From NCBI GenBank assembly GCA_964234715.1, contig OZ174280.1: DNA of 64,000 nt, one strand, 5' to 3'. This DNA comes from Podarcis melisellensis (Eukaryota). The notes beneath the pieces are model-generated. The model made no database searches. It was given only the letters and a program-made list of their open reading frames with translations, and was not told where the DNA came from. This document shows, one piece after another, positions 24,958 to 37,285 of this stretch (position 1 is the first letter of the stretch; every line of letters starts with the position of its first letter). The position numbers were made by a program, and so were the translations under genes.

Positions 24958-27900
24958 GTCAGTATTTCAACTGTGGTGGGATGTTGGATGAAAAACGAAA
25001 GCCTGCTGCTGATTTGTTTTGAAACATGCATTCCATATGTCTTCGTAGTTTTTTCTTTTGCAATGTTACCAATTGGTATTAAAAATAGCAATTAAAAAAA
25101 AAAAACCCGAAGCAGCGCAGCATAGAATAAAATCAATAATAAAAAGGCTCCTAAGAGATGTAACGTTGTCCAACTGCTTAAGAACAACTGTGCAACTGAG
25201 AGCGGACCAGTTTATTGTTCACTCCTTTTCCTTAACCCTTTTCTCTGGAGTTACAAATCGTCCCACTCCGCGAAGGAACTAGCCATGATGAAAGCTATAA
25301 CATCTGCAGAAATGCCAACTATGGTTGGAGCTTACCAGAACTTAATGCAGAATTACACCACGCTTTCTCATCTGGGGGTAACAGGGATCCCAGTTAGTCC
25401 TAGGTGCAGACATAATATTCAACTATGGGGTATGCATCTTACCAAAGGCTGGAAAAAGGTCCTGCACAATCCTTTGGCTGGCTGTTGATTGCTTAACCAT
25501 GGAACATGTTACATCTGCTCTCAGCCCAGATGACATTTTGCCCTCTGTTTTACATTCAGCTGCTGATAAAACTTTGGGGAGACCAAAGTTCAGTTTTATC
25601 AAGTGGTTTTGCAAGGAAAGGAGAGTAGGAGGCGGGGGGAACCACATGTATCTTAAAATTATATCATGATAACTGCTCTCTTTTAAAGCCAGTGAGTGGG
25701 GACACAAAGCAAAGTCTGCTGAATTGGGTTGATTTCTTTTTTACAGTTGCATTTGCACTTCACCTTTGAAGATAAATGTCATTGGATAAAATGTAATAAC
25801 CATGTGTGTGGTTGCTACTGAAAATGTTTTGTCACTGTGATGGCAAGCATCTAGAGTTACAAGCCGGTCTTAAGTGAGGCGTTAATTCCCAATGATTTAT
25901 TTGAATGAGGAGGTTGAGCACAGGCATAAATATTCTCCACTGAAATCAGTGGGGTCTCAAGCCTCCTTCACATTTTACTCTTGTAAAGGGGCAATATGAG
26001 TAGAAAGGGGCTCCTTCAGGCCCCACTCTTGCCACCTATGTATTAAGTGTGGATGTCTGAGGTGGGGGAAGCCTTTGCACATAGATGTCCGGACACATAG
26101 GCTTCCAGTACCCAAAGAAGCGTACATTTGTTGGATACCCCACATTGGAAGTCTATACTAATGGCTGGGCATGTGTACATCTTCTACATGACCCCCTCCA
26201 CCCTTGAGATTATTGTTGCTACATTTATATACCATTCATGAATTCAGTTCTCTAGTGGTTGGTATTCAGCTATGTTTTACTCAGAGTACTCCTGTTGCAA
26301 TTGATGTACCTAACTTAGCCATGTTCATTACTTTCCACGTGCCTACTCTTGAGTAAAACTTAATACAACTCATAGTTTAAACACACACACAAATTCCAAT
26401 TATACAAATACAACTTAAGCACGTAAAACCACCCCAAAGCCAGCACAAACACAGCAACACAAAATCAGTTTTAAACCGGCAAGGGGAAAACATTTATGTT
26501 AGCAATTTATAGGCAGCTTAATGTAAAAACAAAAAACCCTCTCTAAGCAATTTACCAAGTTGTTTAAAAAACACACACACAAAAACAACCAATCCATAAA
26601 ACTGTAAGGCTAGAATACAAATAAGATGAAAATACATGTTGTCACTAAAAATCCATAATTGGAATACTAAAACAAAATACTGAGGAGTGCATATGGGGGG
26701 GGGGGGCGGATTAACAGTCAAAAATGCCCAAGCAAATAACTAAGCTTTTGATGGGCATCTAAAATACGTCACGATTGACATCTCCCGGATTGTGTGGGAG
26801 AGGAGGCAAGGAATTAAGCATATTTTAAAAATGTGTGTGTCCTGGAAGAATATAAATGTCTACACTTGGCACAATGCAGGTGGGCACCAGGCAAGCTTCT
26901 CTGACAAGGATGTTCTGTGTATGGGGCACCACTACCAAAAAGACCTTGCTACCTTTGGACTGTGGCATTATGGCCTGGGAATTTATTTTAACTCTCCACC
27001 TCCCTCCCCAGCCACCTTTGACAAGAAATAGTGTCATTAAAGAGCTGACTATTTTAACGTGACCAAAGAAAAGCAGCCAGTCAGACAACATTAAAAATAT
27101 AAGGAGTGAATCAGGCTAATGAATGCATGCAGCCATCAGGACGCGTATATACACGCAACACGAACTGCAGCACAGCCTTAATTTCTCGCTGAGATCATTT
27201 TTAGTAGGTCTCAAATGAGCTTCCCAGTTTGGCTAAGACTAATAAAAACCTCTTAAAATTACAAATCGAAAGCTGGCTGATGCTATGCAAATGAAGCAAG
27301 TCCTCACTTCGCGACAGAGGATTCATTTGTAACTCAGATCAGAGGCTCCGATCCGTATTTCTTGGTGACTAATGAATATGGCCTCTGCAGACCAATTTCT
27401 GTTCCACTCTATTTAATGGCTGAAGCAGTATCAGTGTGAGCAGTTTGACTCTTCTATTTCCCATTAGAGAAGGGGGGAAGAAAATCCTTTCATTCCACTC
27501 CAAAAGTATCTCCCACCTGCCATTGTAGAGACTCACAATTCAGACAGAAAGAGGATATTAAGATGGATTAGGCTAATTAATTTTGCTCCTGACAATAGAT
27601 AGTCCTGACCCAACTTTTTTCTATCCATTCAGGCATGGAGCAGTGTTCTGGGCACGACATCTTTTTATTTGTGTGACACACGCTGTTTGCATTTCTATTT
27701 GTTTTCGAAATCAGCCAAATCATATGCAGATATAGATATATGCGCCTAATGACACATTGTAACTAGGTAAATGGGACATGGTGATTCAGCAATCACCCAC
27801 ATTACGCATTAACGTAAGAGCCTCTCTTCAATTGACGAATATCGTGTTTTCACTAAAATCCTCCTTAATTGCATATTATTTTGTGAGTATCTTAATGTGA

Positions 27901-28279
27901 GTGTAAGTATGTAAGATCAGGCCGCTACTGATCATTCTTCAGTTTTGAATAAATGGGGAAATCCTCTGTTCCTGCCAAACCTAACATGAACATCGGAGCC
28001 CAGTGTAGCTCTAGCCTCGCTGGAAGAACTTTAAAATTAAAGCCATGAGTGTTCCCTTTTTATATGCTTCAGTATGCTAATAATATTCTTTTTCGCTGCT
28101 GCTCCAAGGCTTCTTATATCAATGCTCTTTGTTATAAGGGGAAAGCGGTAGCCTTTTGGTCTTTAAATCACTGCAAATCATGTTGACAGTTAAATATTGT
28201 AATTGTCATCAGATCATGTTAAGGACTCTCTCCTGTTGCCTTAAGGCAGTAAGGCCTAATATTTTTCTACTGAATGCAG

Positions 28280-28463
28280 GCTATTGTTGACACGGTGGAC
28301 AACCTGCTTAGGACCCAAGCGCTAGACTCCTGGAGAGATATGAATTCCTCTGAACGAGCACATGCTGCAACCATGTTACTTGATACCCTGGAAGAAGGGG
28401 CCTTTGTCTTGGCTGACAACCTCTTAGAACCAACAAGGGTCGCAATGCCTACAGATCACATCG
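28280..28463 (+). CDS. ADGRL2: ADGRL2 exon: GAIN ([10 protein letters not shown]...VAMPTDHI)
   Basis: aatgcag|GCTATT acceptor and ATCG|gtaagt donor. 184 nt, phase 0/1. Confidence 0.96.
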
Positions 28464-28679
28464 GTAAGTGAATACGTCTTGAAACGCTTGGCATCACACC
28501 GTGGGAAGAGTCCACCAAACCTAGTGGTTTGGGATGTCCGTATATTCCACATTAGATGGAACAGTGTAATCTGCCCAATTAGAAATATATTACGTGAAAA
28601 TAATACAGAAACCCCTGCATTTTAAAAATGGAAAAGCATTGTAGATTGATGTTCTGGTTATAGAACAGATAGCGACTAA

Positions 28680-28880
28680 GATTGTAAATTCCTAGTTCAA
28701 TTATTTTTGGCTAACAAAATTAAGTCAAAGGACTTAGGCAAGTAACCATTATCTTATCTCATCCGAATTATGGAGCCAATAATGTTGGGCTACTTCTGAA
28801 GGATTATTGTAAATATTTCTGGATAAAATGTGTATGTAGCGCTTTGAACACTTTGAAAAATGTGCTACATAAATGATAGA
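28680..28880 (+). mobile_element. MIR/CORE-SINE-like remnant
   Basis: GACTTAGGCAAGTAAC...GGATTATTGT...TGTAGCGCTTTGAAC...TGCTACATAAATG pattern. Confidence 0.4.
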
Positions 28881-30591
28881 AAATACATACATATTTTTCA
28901 GTCCTCGTGGTAGAAACTCTTTCTCCTTTATACATAATCGGTTCCTAATGAATGTAGATTACTTTCAGGGAGAGCGCATTGCCAACTTTGGGCACATAGC
29001 ACATAGACTAAATGTTTGCATTAAACACAACTGCCTTCAGGTGAAAGTGTGTTCAGTGAGCCACGTCTCCCACAATACAAAATAGCCATGCTTCGCAGAT
29101 TGCAAAATAGCTACCGACACTTTGAGCATAATTTATCATTTAAATGCTGGCAGGGAAATGAAACTATTATGTATTAGGGACATACAGGTATATCTTGTTG
29201 TGCTTAAGAAGGTTGTTGTGTATAGATGTAAAATGCCATTCTCCTTGCGCCTTTGAGGTTTATACCAGTCTACATATTAGGAGATAGAGCACACATATGT
29301 CACAGACATTTCGAGGCTAGACCTTAAAATGGAAAAACTAATTTATGAATGGGAGAATGTCAGGTACGTGGATTTGTGAATGAGGTGGGGCATGTTTCTG
29401 TTGCTAAAGGTGAAAGCAGAGTTTGCAGATGATCAGCTGTGGAATGCTAAGGATGTCTACTCCAAAGTAAATTCATCTAGGTTAAGTGGGCCTTTGCCTG
29501 CAAAGCAAATCCCCTTTGTACCAGGCCTGGTGGGCTGGGGAAATGGATTGGCTGGAGGCGACCCGCCACCCAGCCATCGCACTGACAGCCACTATCAGCT
29601 TGCAGAGCGAGGTCAGCATGTAGAGTCTCCCCCACAATGGGCAGAAGTACCGCCAGTGGAAGCCATGTTCCAGGAAAGAGGAGGTGCTGAGCTGGACCTC
29701 TTCACTTGCTGGCATCGGTCCTGAGCATGGCTGGATCGCTGCATCACCTCCAGGCTGCTGCAGCAACCTGCTTTCTCCCTCCTCCAGCCATCTCCCCTGG
29801 CCGGTGTGAGAGTTGTGGATGCAGCGGTGGGTTCCACCATTCCATCATACCCTGCCCCTGCCCAACTACTTGCTATCTAGTAACCATATTTATTTTATCT
29901 ATTTACGTTTATAAATATATACCCATTGTTTTCCTAGAAAAATAGCTGCTGGTACTCACCCTGCTACAGTTTTTAACAATAACAAAAGAGGTGCTGTTAC
30001 TGCATACTCTTGAGTAACCCCTGAAAAAAAGCAGTGTCCATATCCTACCTTTCCCCAGAGTTGTGCCCATTGTTATTACCTCCACCACCCCTTTAATTTA
30101 AGTAGGTTAGGCTAAAATACAATGACTGAGCCATGGTCACCCTACAGAGATTTAAGCCTGGATGCCCCCAGTCCCATTCTGACAGTTTTAATGATCTACT
30201 CCTCTGGCTTCCTGTTGCTGAGAGATTAGGCATAGCAATAGCAAGTAGGACACAAACACTAAAAATTCATGCATCATGGCTGCTTTGGTCTCCAAAAGTT
30301 AAGCATTTCTTCCAACTAAGAACTCTTGGGACTTTTGAAGTGATCTCTCTTAGGCTCACATTAAAACCAGGTTGGCTGTCATGTTCTTTGAACTGGCGTG
30401 CTGTTACTTTTGTGCATCTGCACTCGGGTTTGATTAAAATTTAAAGGAAAACGACTCCAATGCTACCGGTATGCATCTGTCATGTACAAGCAAGAAAAGA
30501 AGCATCCCGAAAGGAAAAAAGGAAAAGGAAAACATCAGCCAAATCTGACCACAGAAAACAAAAACCTTCTTCTTGCTTTTTGTCCACCTAG

Positions 30592-30714
30592 TCTTGGAAG
30601 TTGCAGTGCTGAGTACAGAAGGACAGGTGCAGGACTTGAAATTCCCCCAGGGCAACACGGGAGGCAATTCTATCCAGCTCTCTTCGAACACTGTGAAGCA
30701 GAACAGCAGAAGCG
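30592..30714 (+). CDS. ADGRL2: ADGRL2 exon: GAIN ([12 protein letters not shown]...KQNSRS)
   Basis: ccacctag|TCTTGG acceptor and AGCG|gtatgt donor. 123 nt, phase 1/1. Confidence 0.95.
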
Positions 30715-30981
30715 GTATGTCTTTTGCAAACCATTTATTTTTCAGCTGTAGCAACTTAATTTTGGAAGGGTTTGCTGTGTTATAATAATACACCCTCAGC
30801 AACATTAAAAATAGCCAGTCGATAGCTCTCATTTGTAAATAACATTAGGCTGGCCTTTTTTCTTTCTTTCCTTCTTTTTTTTTTACTCGAATCAATCTTT
30901 CTGCACTAAAGCTGGGGAGGGATAGGCTATTTAAAACATGCCATGTTACTTAAAGTGACTATAATAGCTTTCTTTTCACAG

Positions 30982-31187
30982 GGTTAGCAAAGCTGGTTTT
31001 CATAATTTACAAAAGCTTGGGCCAGTTCCTCAGTACGGAAAATGCAACCATCAAACTGGGAGGAGAGTTTGCTGGCAGGAACAGTACCATTGCTGTGAAC
31101 TCTGACGTCATTGCGGCCTCCATCAACAAGGAGTCCAGTCGCGTGTACTTGACAGACCCTGTTCTTTTCACCCTGGCACACATTGAT
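30982..31187 (+). CDS. ADGRL2: ADGRL2 exon: GAIN ([23 protein letters not shown]...LAHID)
   Basis: ttttcacag|GGTTA acceptor and GAT|gtgagt donor. 206 nt, phase 1/0. Confidence 0.96.
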
Positions 31188-31674
31188 GTGAGTTATGGTA
31201 ATGAATTAATGGGAAGGTCATAAAATCAGCAAGAGCAAAGAAGGGACGGGGGTGGATCTTTCAATTTGAATTTTAAATGTCGGACTAGGTCAGAGGCACA
31301 GGTTTGTTTAAGTCTACGAACATAAAATTAAATGAGCCTGGTTCAGTGATTATTAGAACTTAAGTGTATTCTTAATGAAAGCTAATTCGGTAATCAACAT
31401 GAAAATGTAAATGGCTCTAATTTGTTCCTAAGTGAAAATTAACTCTTACCTTAGCAGCAGGACAGAAAAACACCAGCTCTTATGATTTTGCTTCCTTAAT
31501 GCAGCAAAATCTTAATGGAACTTAGAACATTTTGCTTTAATTCCATACTGTCTGCTGGAGCCCATTCACTAATCGTTCAGATAGGTTTTAGTCAACAAGG
31601 GAATCTGGTGCTGTTTTCTGCATTCTGCTTGACGCTAGGTTTAACTTCTCTGTGCTTGAACTAGTCAGGTGTTA

Positions 31675-31862
31675 GTATTCCGACTAAACATCAGGAAGAA
31701 CTTTTTGACAACAAGAGCTGCTCAAGAGTGGAACAGACTCTTTAGAGTTGTTATTTTTAGCAGAGGTTAGATGTCCATCTATCATGTATGATCTAGTTGA
31801 GATTCCTGTATTGCAGGGATTTGGACTAGATCCCTCAGGATCCCTTCCAATGCTACGATTTT
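31675..31862 (+). mobile_element. CR1 LINE 3' end fragment
   Basis: AGGAAGAACTTTTTGACA...GTGGAACAGACT...CAGAGGTTAGATG...TTGGACTAGAT...TCCCTTCCAA..CTACGATT, a typical CR1 terminus. Confidence 0.7.
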
Positions 31863-32490
31863 ATTTTCCCAGCTGAGATTTTCCATTTACCAAAAGAGAA
31901 GACTCTTAAAAAAAAAGAAAGGAAAAATCCCCTATCTAGGTGTTTTCCCCCAGACTAGTTTTTCAGTTCAGTGTAATCTGAATTATTATGTCTAGTGATC
32001 CTTTAGACTTGATGGAAATTGAGAAAAGGAAAGTGAATTCGTTAGTAAATCCTCAATTATTCAAGAAGCCTTTTAGAGAAACTTCATGAATCTACTGCTG
32101 CAGGATCGGCAGAAATGGCCACAAGTGCACAGTATGAACATTGAACAGCAAGTAGGAAACTGATTGATTAAAATTAGATCTATAGTAATGTGGATTGCAC
32201 TTTGGCATATTTTAAACTATTAGACTCACTTTATAACTAGGTGGTAGGCTTGTTCAACATGTTCTTGTTGGGTTTGCTATGCTGGGTACAATCCACCACA
32301 GTCTATCCTAGGTCACCTTAATTGCTGTTTAATGGTGTATGAACCTATGCCCCTTATTCGATTGTGCTCCAAAACAGAAAACCACAAAAATGTGGAGAAT
32401 GTAATCCAAATTGTATTCTATGCCCATTGCGCCATACTTGTCATTTCTGGGGTTACAGTTCTAATTTTCTTTCATCCTGGTGTTTTGCAG

Positions 32491-32664
32491 ACCAAGAATT
32501 ATTTCAATGCAAATTGCTCCTTCTGGAACTACTCTGAACGGACTATGATGGGCTATTGGTCAACTCAAGGATGCAAGCTGATTGACACAAATAAAACGCA
32601 TACCACGTGTGCATGTAGCCACCTAACCAATTTTGCAATCCTCATGGCACATAGGGGAATTGCG
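32491..32664 (+). CDS. ADGRL2: ADGRL2 exon: GPS motif with HL|T autoproteolysis site (32625/32626) and Stachel TNFAILM
   Basis: ttttgcag|ACCAAG acceptor and GCG|gtaagg donor. Encodes NCSFWNY...WSTQGC...[15 protein letters not shown]. 174 nt. Confidence 0.97.
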
Positions 32665-33556
32665 GTAAGGAACAATGCCTTTAATCGGCAACCAAATGAC
32701 ATTTAGAAAACCCACTTTAATTTCTCTATGTTTGAACTATCTATACAGTCGGATGTTAGTATAATTTCAGAATCCTTCTGGACATCTCATTTCACAGTAT
32801 TCCAAATATGACCTTTGTGTTCCATAGGTTCAGATGTAAAATGAAGAAAAAGAATGTGTCTGTTCAGCTCCTTATATTTAATGCTGAATGCCATTTCATT
32901 AAAGGAGCTCAAATATACAGTCATCCCCTATCATTATATACCAATATTTTCTGCTTTCTGGCAGTTTTAAGTTCTCTGACATACTCATGCTTTCTCAAAG
33001 CATTTTGTAGATTTCTGATAGGATTGCAGTTAAGACTGATTACTTGAAAACCCTGCAAATTCACATTGGGACTGGTTAACTGTTGACAAAGTGATGGATA
33101 TTGACACCTTTCAAAAGCATACTTAAAAGGGAAGTGTGTATTCTGCTCTGCATTCTCTAGACCCAGGTAATAGGTATCTGGATGGCATCAGTTCTGAAGC
33201 AAAATCAAAAACTACCAAGAACTATAAAGTACAAGTTCTTCTAGATGTTACTGAGCTACAGAGCCATGGAAATGATAATAAAGGATGTTAATTTTCTCTT
33301 ACCTGGCCATGAGCTGTATCACTGGCCAAGGAGCCTGACAGCCTCACCTACTCTAACTGGATCACACAATGAGAGTTATTCATCCATTCCATTTATGGAA
33401 CATATGGCTTTTACTGAAAATCTCTAGTTTCCTTAAATTTCCTTTAATGACCTGAACAATGCTTTATTTGTGCATTCAATATAGAAATTATGTTTTCCCT
33501 CCCCTGCCCTCCTTCCAAAACACCCCTTAGGCTTCAAATGTGGCAGGTTATTGGAA

Positions 33557-33589
<33 letters not shown>
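33557..33589. repeat. (AAT)n microsatellite
   Basis: Direct reading. Confidence 0.95.
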
Positions 33590-33756
33590 TTTTCAAAGTT
33601 AGTTTATCTCCAGTGTTTATCTCTGTAACTGCCAATGGCTGTTGTGCTGTCCTTTGAACAAAGTTGGAATTTCTACGCGTTAGCAACATACATGATACTT
33701 TAGTTTTGTATTGATCAGTGACCACACTAATTTTCTTTACTCTTCATCATTTCCAG

Positions 33757-33963
33757 TACAATGGAATGCATGGTTTACTCCTCACTGTCATCACCTGGGT
33801 AGGGATTGTCATTTCCCTTGTCTGCCTGGCAATTTGCATCTTCACTTTCTGTTTCTTCCGCGGCCTTCAAAGTGACCGGAACACAATTCACAAGAACCTT
33901 TGCATCAACCTCCTCATTGCAGAATTTATTTTCCTAATAGGCATCGATAAGACGGAGTACAAG
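33757..33963 (+). CDS. ADGRL2: ADGRL2 exon: TM1-TM2
   Basis: tttccag|TACAAT acceptor and AAG|gtaagc donor. Encodes [42 protein letters not shown]. 207 nt. Confidence 0.96.
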
Positions 33964-35503
33964 GTAAGCCCTCTATATTTAACACACATCTGAAGATACC
34001 TCACTGAAAGGAATGGTAGCAGTAAAGGATTTGATGGCCAAAAGAAGTTTCTGAGTTGTCTGCTTTTTTGATGCAACATTTAGCCACTTACTCCATGGAC
34101 GGGTAGGTTACTCAGGAAATAATGGCAGGCAGAGAAAAGGTTGAACAACTAATGTCTGAAACTTCTCATTTAGATGCAAAGATGGAACTATCTCATTCAG
34201 CTCGAGAGCATTGAGATTTTGCGTGGAAGATGAGTTTACCACTGTATATGGCTTAGAATTTACTACGCCACAAAGACTTACACCAGTTTAAACAACAAAA
34301 AATACTGATGCCATAGAAGGTACAGGAGGGTCCACTGGCACCCACAGGTGTTGCGTTGGCGACCTCTGTTGTAGAGAAAGCTAGAAAACATGCCTGTTCA
34401 ATGTTGTTAAGTTGGGAACCAGTAGAAGCTTAATAAGCCTGTCAGAGAGTTTCTTGTTAGGTATTGTTTAGCATTTAAGCCACCTATTGACCAACAAGTT
34501 TTTTCTTCAATATTGTGTGTGTATTAGGGAGGGAAGGAGAGATCATAGCTGATGACAATTCAGAATGATGTATGGTAGTTTCTGTGATTTATGATCATTG
34601 TTCAAGATCATTTACTGTAATCCAGTGGAACAGATTCTGCAGCTCCATTGGGACTAAGGAAGCAGTTAAATGCTTAACTCCCTGTTGGCTGCAGTGGGTT
34701 CTTAGATAAACCTGCCTCTTGTCCGGTAGGTGTACCTAGTGCCCCCAGATACAGGAGAATGTTACACAGAAATAATACACTCCTATCCTTAAGAGATAGA
34801 AAGCTATGGAATTCTTTTCCTTTGTGTGTCTTCACTTCTCATTTCAGATTAGCCTTTTCCTAAATCTCACGGCATAAGGCTGAACCCATGGTTTTTCTAA
34901 AATAAGATGCCCTTAGAATTGAGTCAGTCGGTAGGATTTTGTTCTGCACTCATCTACAGAGTGTGGCTAGTGATATGATAGCAGATCTTCCTAAAAATAG
35001 AAAAAGCAACGATATTTGATATTTAAAGGGAAATGGAATATTCTGACAGAGGCATAAGAATTTTCAACAGAAGGTATAAATAATACATCTAGTAGCTGGG
35101 GCTCTTTATCTTCTTGTAGCAAATCATCTGCAATATAAGCCTTACAGCGGAGTGTTAACATTGCGCTACCAAAAATTAATGGACTGCTTGCCACACTTGA
35201 TATTCCATTGCGTCAAAGAATGCTAATAGGCACATACTTTCTATATCTTAACTCACAGAGTGCAAGAGAGTAGAAGCTGCAGCTACTGGGAACACAATAC
35301 AGTTTTCAGTAGTTATGAAGTTTTATGTTGGGGGGGGGGCAGTGTGTGTGTGTATGGGGTGAGGGTTTCAATTATTGCATATACAGTATGCTGCCATTAC
35401 AAACCAAGCTGTTAACATCCACATTATTTCGTTTTCTGAATACATCAGTGGGAAGGTTGAGAAGTGTTGCACCTTGCATTTGATTGTTTCTCTTTCTTTG
35501 CAG

Positions 35504-35724
35504 ATTGCATGCCCAATATTTGCAGGCCTCTTACACTTTTTCTTCCTGGCAGCCTTTGCCTGGATGTGCCTAGAAGGGGTGCAGCTCTATCTCATGTTAG
35601 TAGAAGTATTTGAAAGTGAATATTCTAGGAAGAAGTACTACTATGTTGCTGGCTACCTCTTTCCTGCCACTGTTGTTGGTGTCTCGGCAGCTATCGACTA
35701 CTCCAGCTATGGAGCGCAAAATGC
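35504..35724 (+). CDS. ADGRL2: ADGRL2 exon: TM3-TM4
   Basis: ctttgcag|ATTGCA acceptor and AATGC|gtaagt donor. Encodes [29 protein letters not shown]. 221 nt, phase 0/2. Confidence 0.96.
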
Positions 35725-36272
35725 GTAAGTAATTGCTAGTGACCTGAGTGTTTCAGGCGATTTTTATTTTTTAAGCGTGTTAGCTGTCAGAGCCCCTGAC
35801 AGACTAAAATAGCACCAGAAAGCTTTATTGGTACGAGAATGGCAAGGCTGTGTGCAAATTCCAATCAGGTCTTTTGTAATTTTCTAGGTTCAGAGAATTT
35901 GTACCCTGGAGAGGCAAGATTCTAAATTACCACCTTTCTTTTTAACACAAAAGATTGACCCGAAACAAATTGGGAGAAAAAGTAAATAACTTTTTGGGCC
36001 TCCAATGAATATTAAGTAAAATAAAACAAAATAAAATTCTACTATACTTAAAAGTATCTGGTTTGCTTTAACCCCCCTGCCCTAGTTTTAAGCTAACACT
36101 TCATTAGATTTCTTTGTTCAGCATGCTTTCCAGCCAGTTCTCTTTCTGGAGAACGATAGTGCAGTGTTTCTGCCCCAGTGGTTCAATTTGATAATATTTA
36201 TTGGGAAAGAATCGGATTAAAATTAGCCCACTGTTTTCTATTTGTAAAAAGTAGGGATATTTATACAAAGTG

Positions 36273-36449
36273 NNNNNNNNNNNNNNNNNNNNNNNNNNNN
36301 NNNNNNNNNNNNNNNNNNNNNNNNNNNNNNNNNNNNNNNNNNNNNNNNNNNNNNNNNNNNNNNNNNNNNNNNNNNNNNNNNNNNNNNNNNNNNNNNNNNN
36401 NNNNNNNNNNNNNNNNNNNNNNNNNNNNNNNNNNNNNNNNNNNNNNNNN
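36273..36449. other. Assembly gap (177 N)
   Basis: Run of N directly adjoining the palindromic array. Confidence 0.99.
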
Positions 36450-36490
36450 GGCGACGTTTCGACGAGGTCTCACTCGTCATCTTCAGGCTG
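36450..36490 (-). ncRNA. Minimal type-I hammerhead ribozyme motif, - copy 1
   Basis: Exact reverse complement of the + strand motif; abuts the assembly gap. Confidence 0.62.
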
Positions 36491-36552
36491 GTGCTTTCGG
36501 CTTCTTGTTACTGGAACAGAGCTCTGTTCCAGTAACAAGAAGCCGAAAGCAC

Positions 36553-36594
36553 CAGCCTGAAGATGACGAGTGAGACCTCGTCGAAACGTCGCCT
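36553..36594 (+). ncRNA. Minimal type-I hammerhead ribozyme motif, + copy 1; predicted cut after 36590
   Basis: CUGAAGA at 36557-36563, extra U, helix II GACGAG/CUCGUC, GAAA at 36583-36586, palindromic ACGU helix III and a GUC triplet. Helix I has only ~2 canonical pairs. Confidence 0.7.
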
Positions 36595-36780
36595 AGACAC
36601 CCCAACTTTTACACGGGAAGACACCCGAGGACACCAAAACCTGCATTCCTGTACCCGTGAAAATCTACGAAAGCAAATATATATATATATATATATATAT
36701 GCTTTCGTAGATTTTCACGGGTACAGGAATGCAGGTTTTGGTGTCCTCGGGTGTCTTCCCGTGTAAAAGTTGGGGTGTCT

Positions 36781-36822
36781 AGGCGACGTTTCGACGAGGT
36801 CTCACTCGTCATCTTCAGGCTG
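36781..36822 (-). ncRNA. Minimal type-I hammerhead ribozyme motif, - copy 2
   Basis: Exact reverse complement of the + strand motif. Confidence 0.68.
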
Positions 36823-37193
36823 GTGCTTTCGGCTTCTTGTTACTGGAACAGAGCAGGATCTCAGTGTTTGAGTTCCTATAAATACTGTTGAGGGGGTGTG
36901 GTGTATAGCCTCCAATGTTCTGGGCAGAGAGGAAGTTCCCAGGCTAGTGTGCCTTTTCTTCTTTTGTTCCTTAATTACTTGAGGGATATCTTGGTACTCA
37001 GGATATCACTCAAGAAATCACTCAAGATATCCCTCAAGTAATTAAGGAACAAAAGAAGAAAAGGCACACTAGCCTGGGAACTTCCTCTCTGCCCAGAACA
37101 TTGGAGGCTATACACCACACCCCCTCAACAGTATTTATAGGAACTCAAACACTGAGATCCTGCTCTGTTCCAGTAACAAGAAGCCGAAAGCAC

Positions 37194-37235
37194 CAGCCTG
37201 AAGATGACGAGTGAGACCTCGTCGAAACGTCGCCT
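37194..37235 (+). ncRNA. Minimal type-I hammerhead ribozyme motif, + copy 2; predicted cut after 37231
   Basis: Identical to copy 1 (CTGAAGA at 37198-37204, GTC at 37229-37231). Confidence 0.7.
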
Positions 37236-37282
37236 AGACACCCCAACTTTTACACGGGAAGACACCCGAGGACACCAAAACC

Positions 37283-37285
<3 letters not shown>

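Noticed and set aside
29358-29870. GC-richer block with overlapping ~100-aa ORFs, possibly an LTR remnant
   Set aside because: No TSD, paired termini or recognisable protein motif could be established. Probably a decayed repeat.
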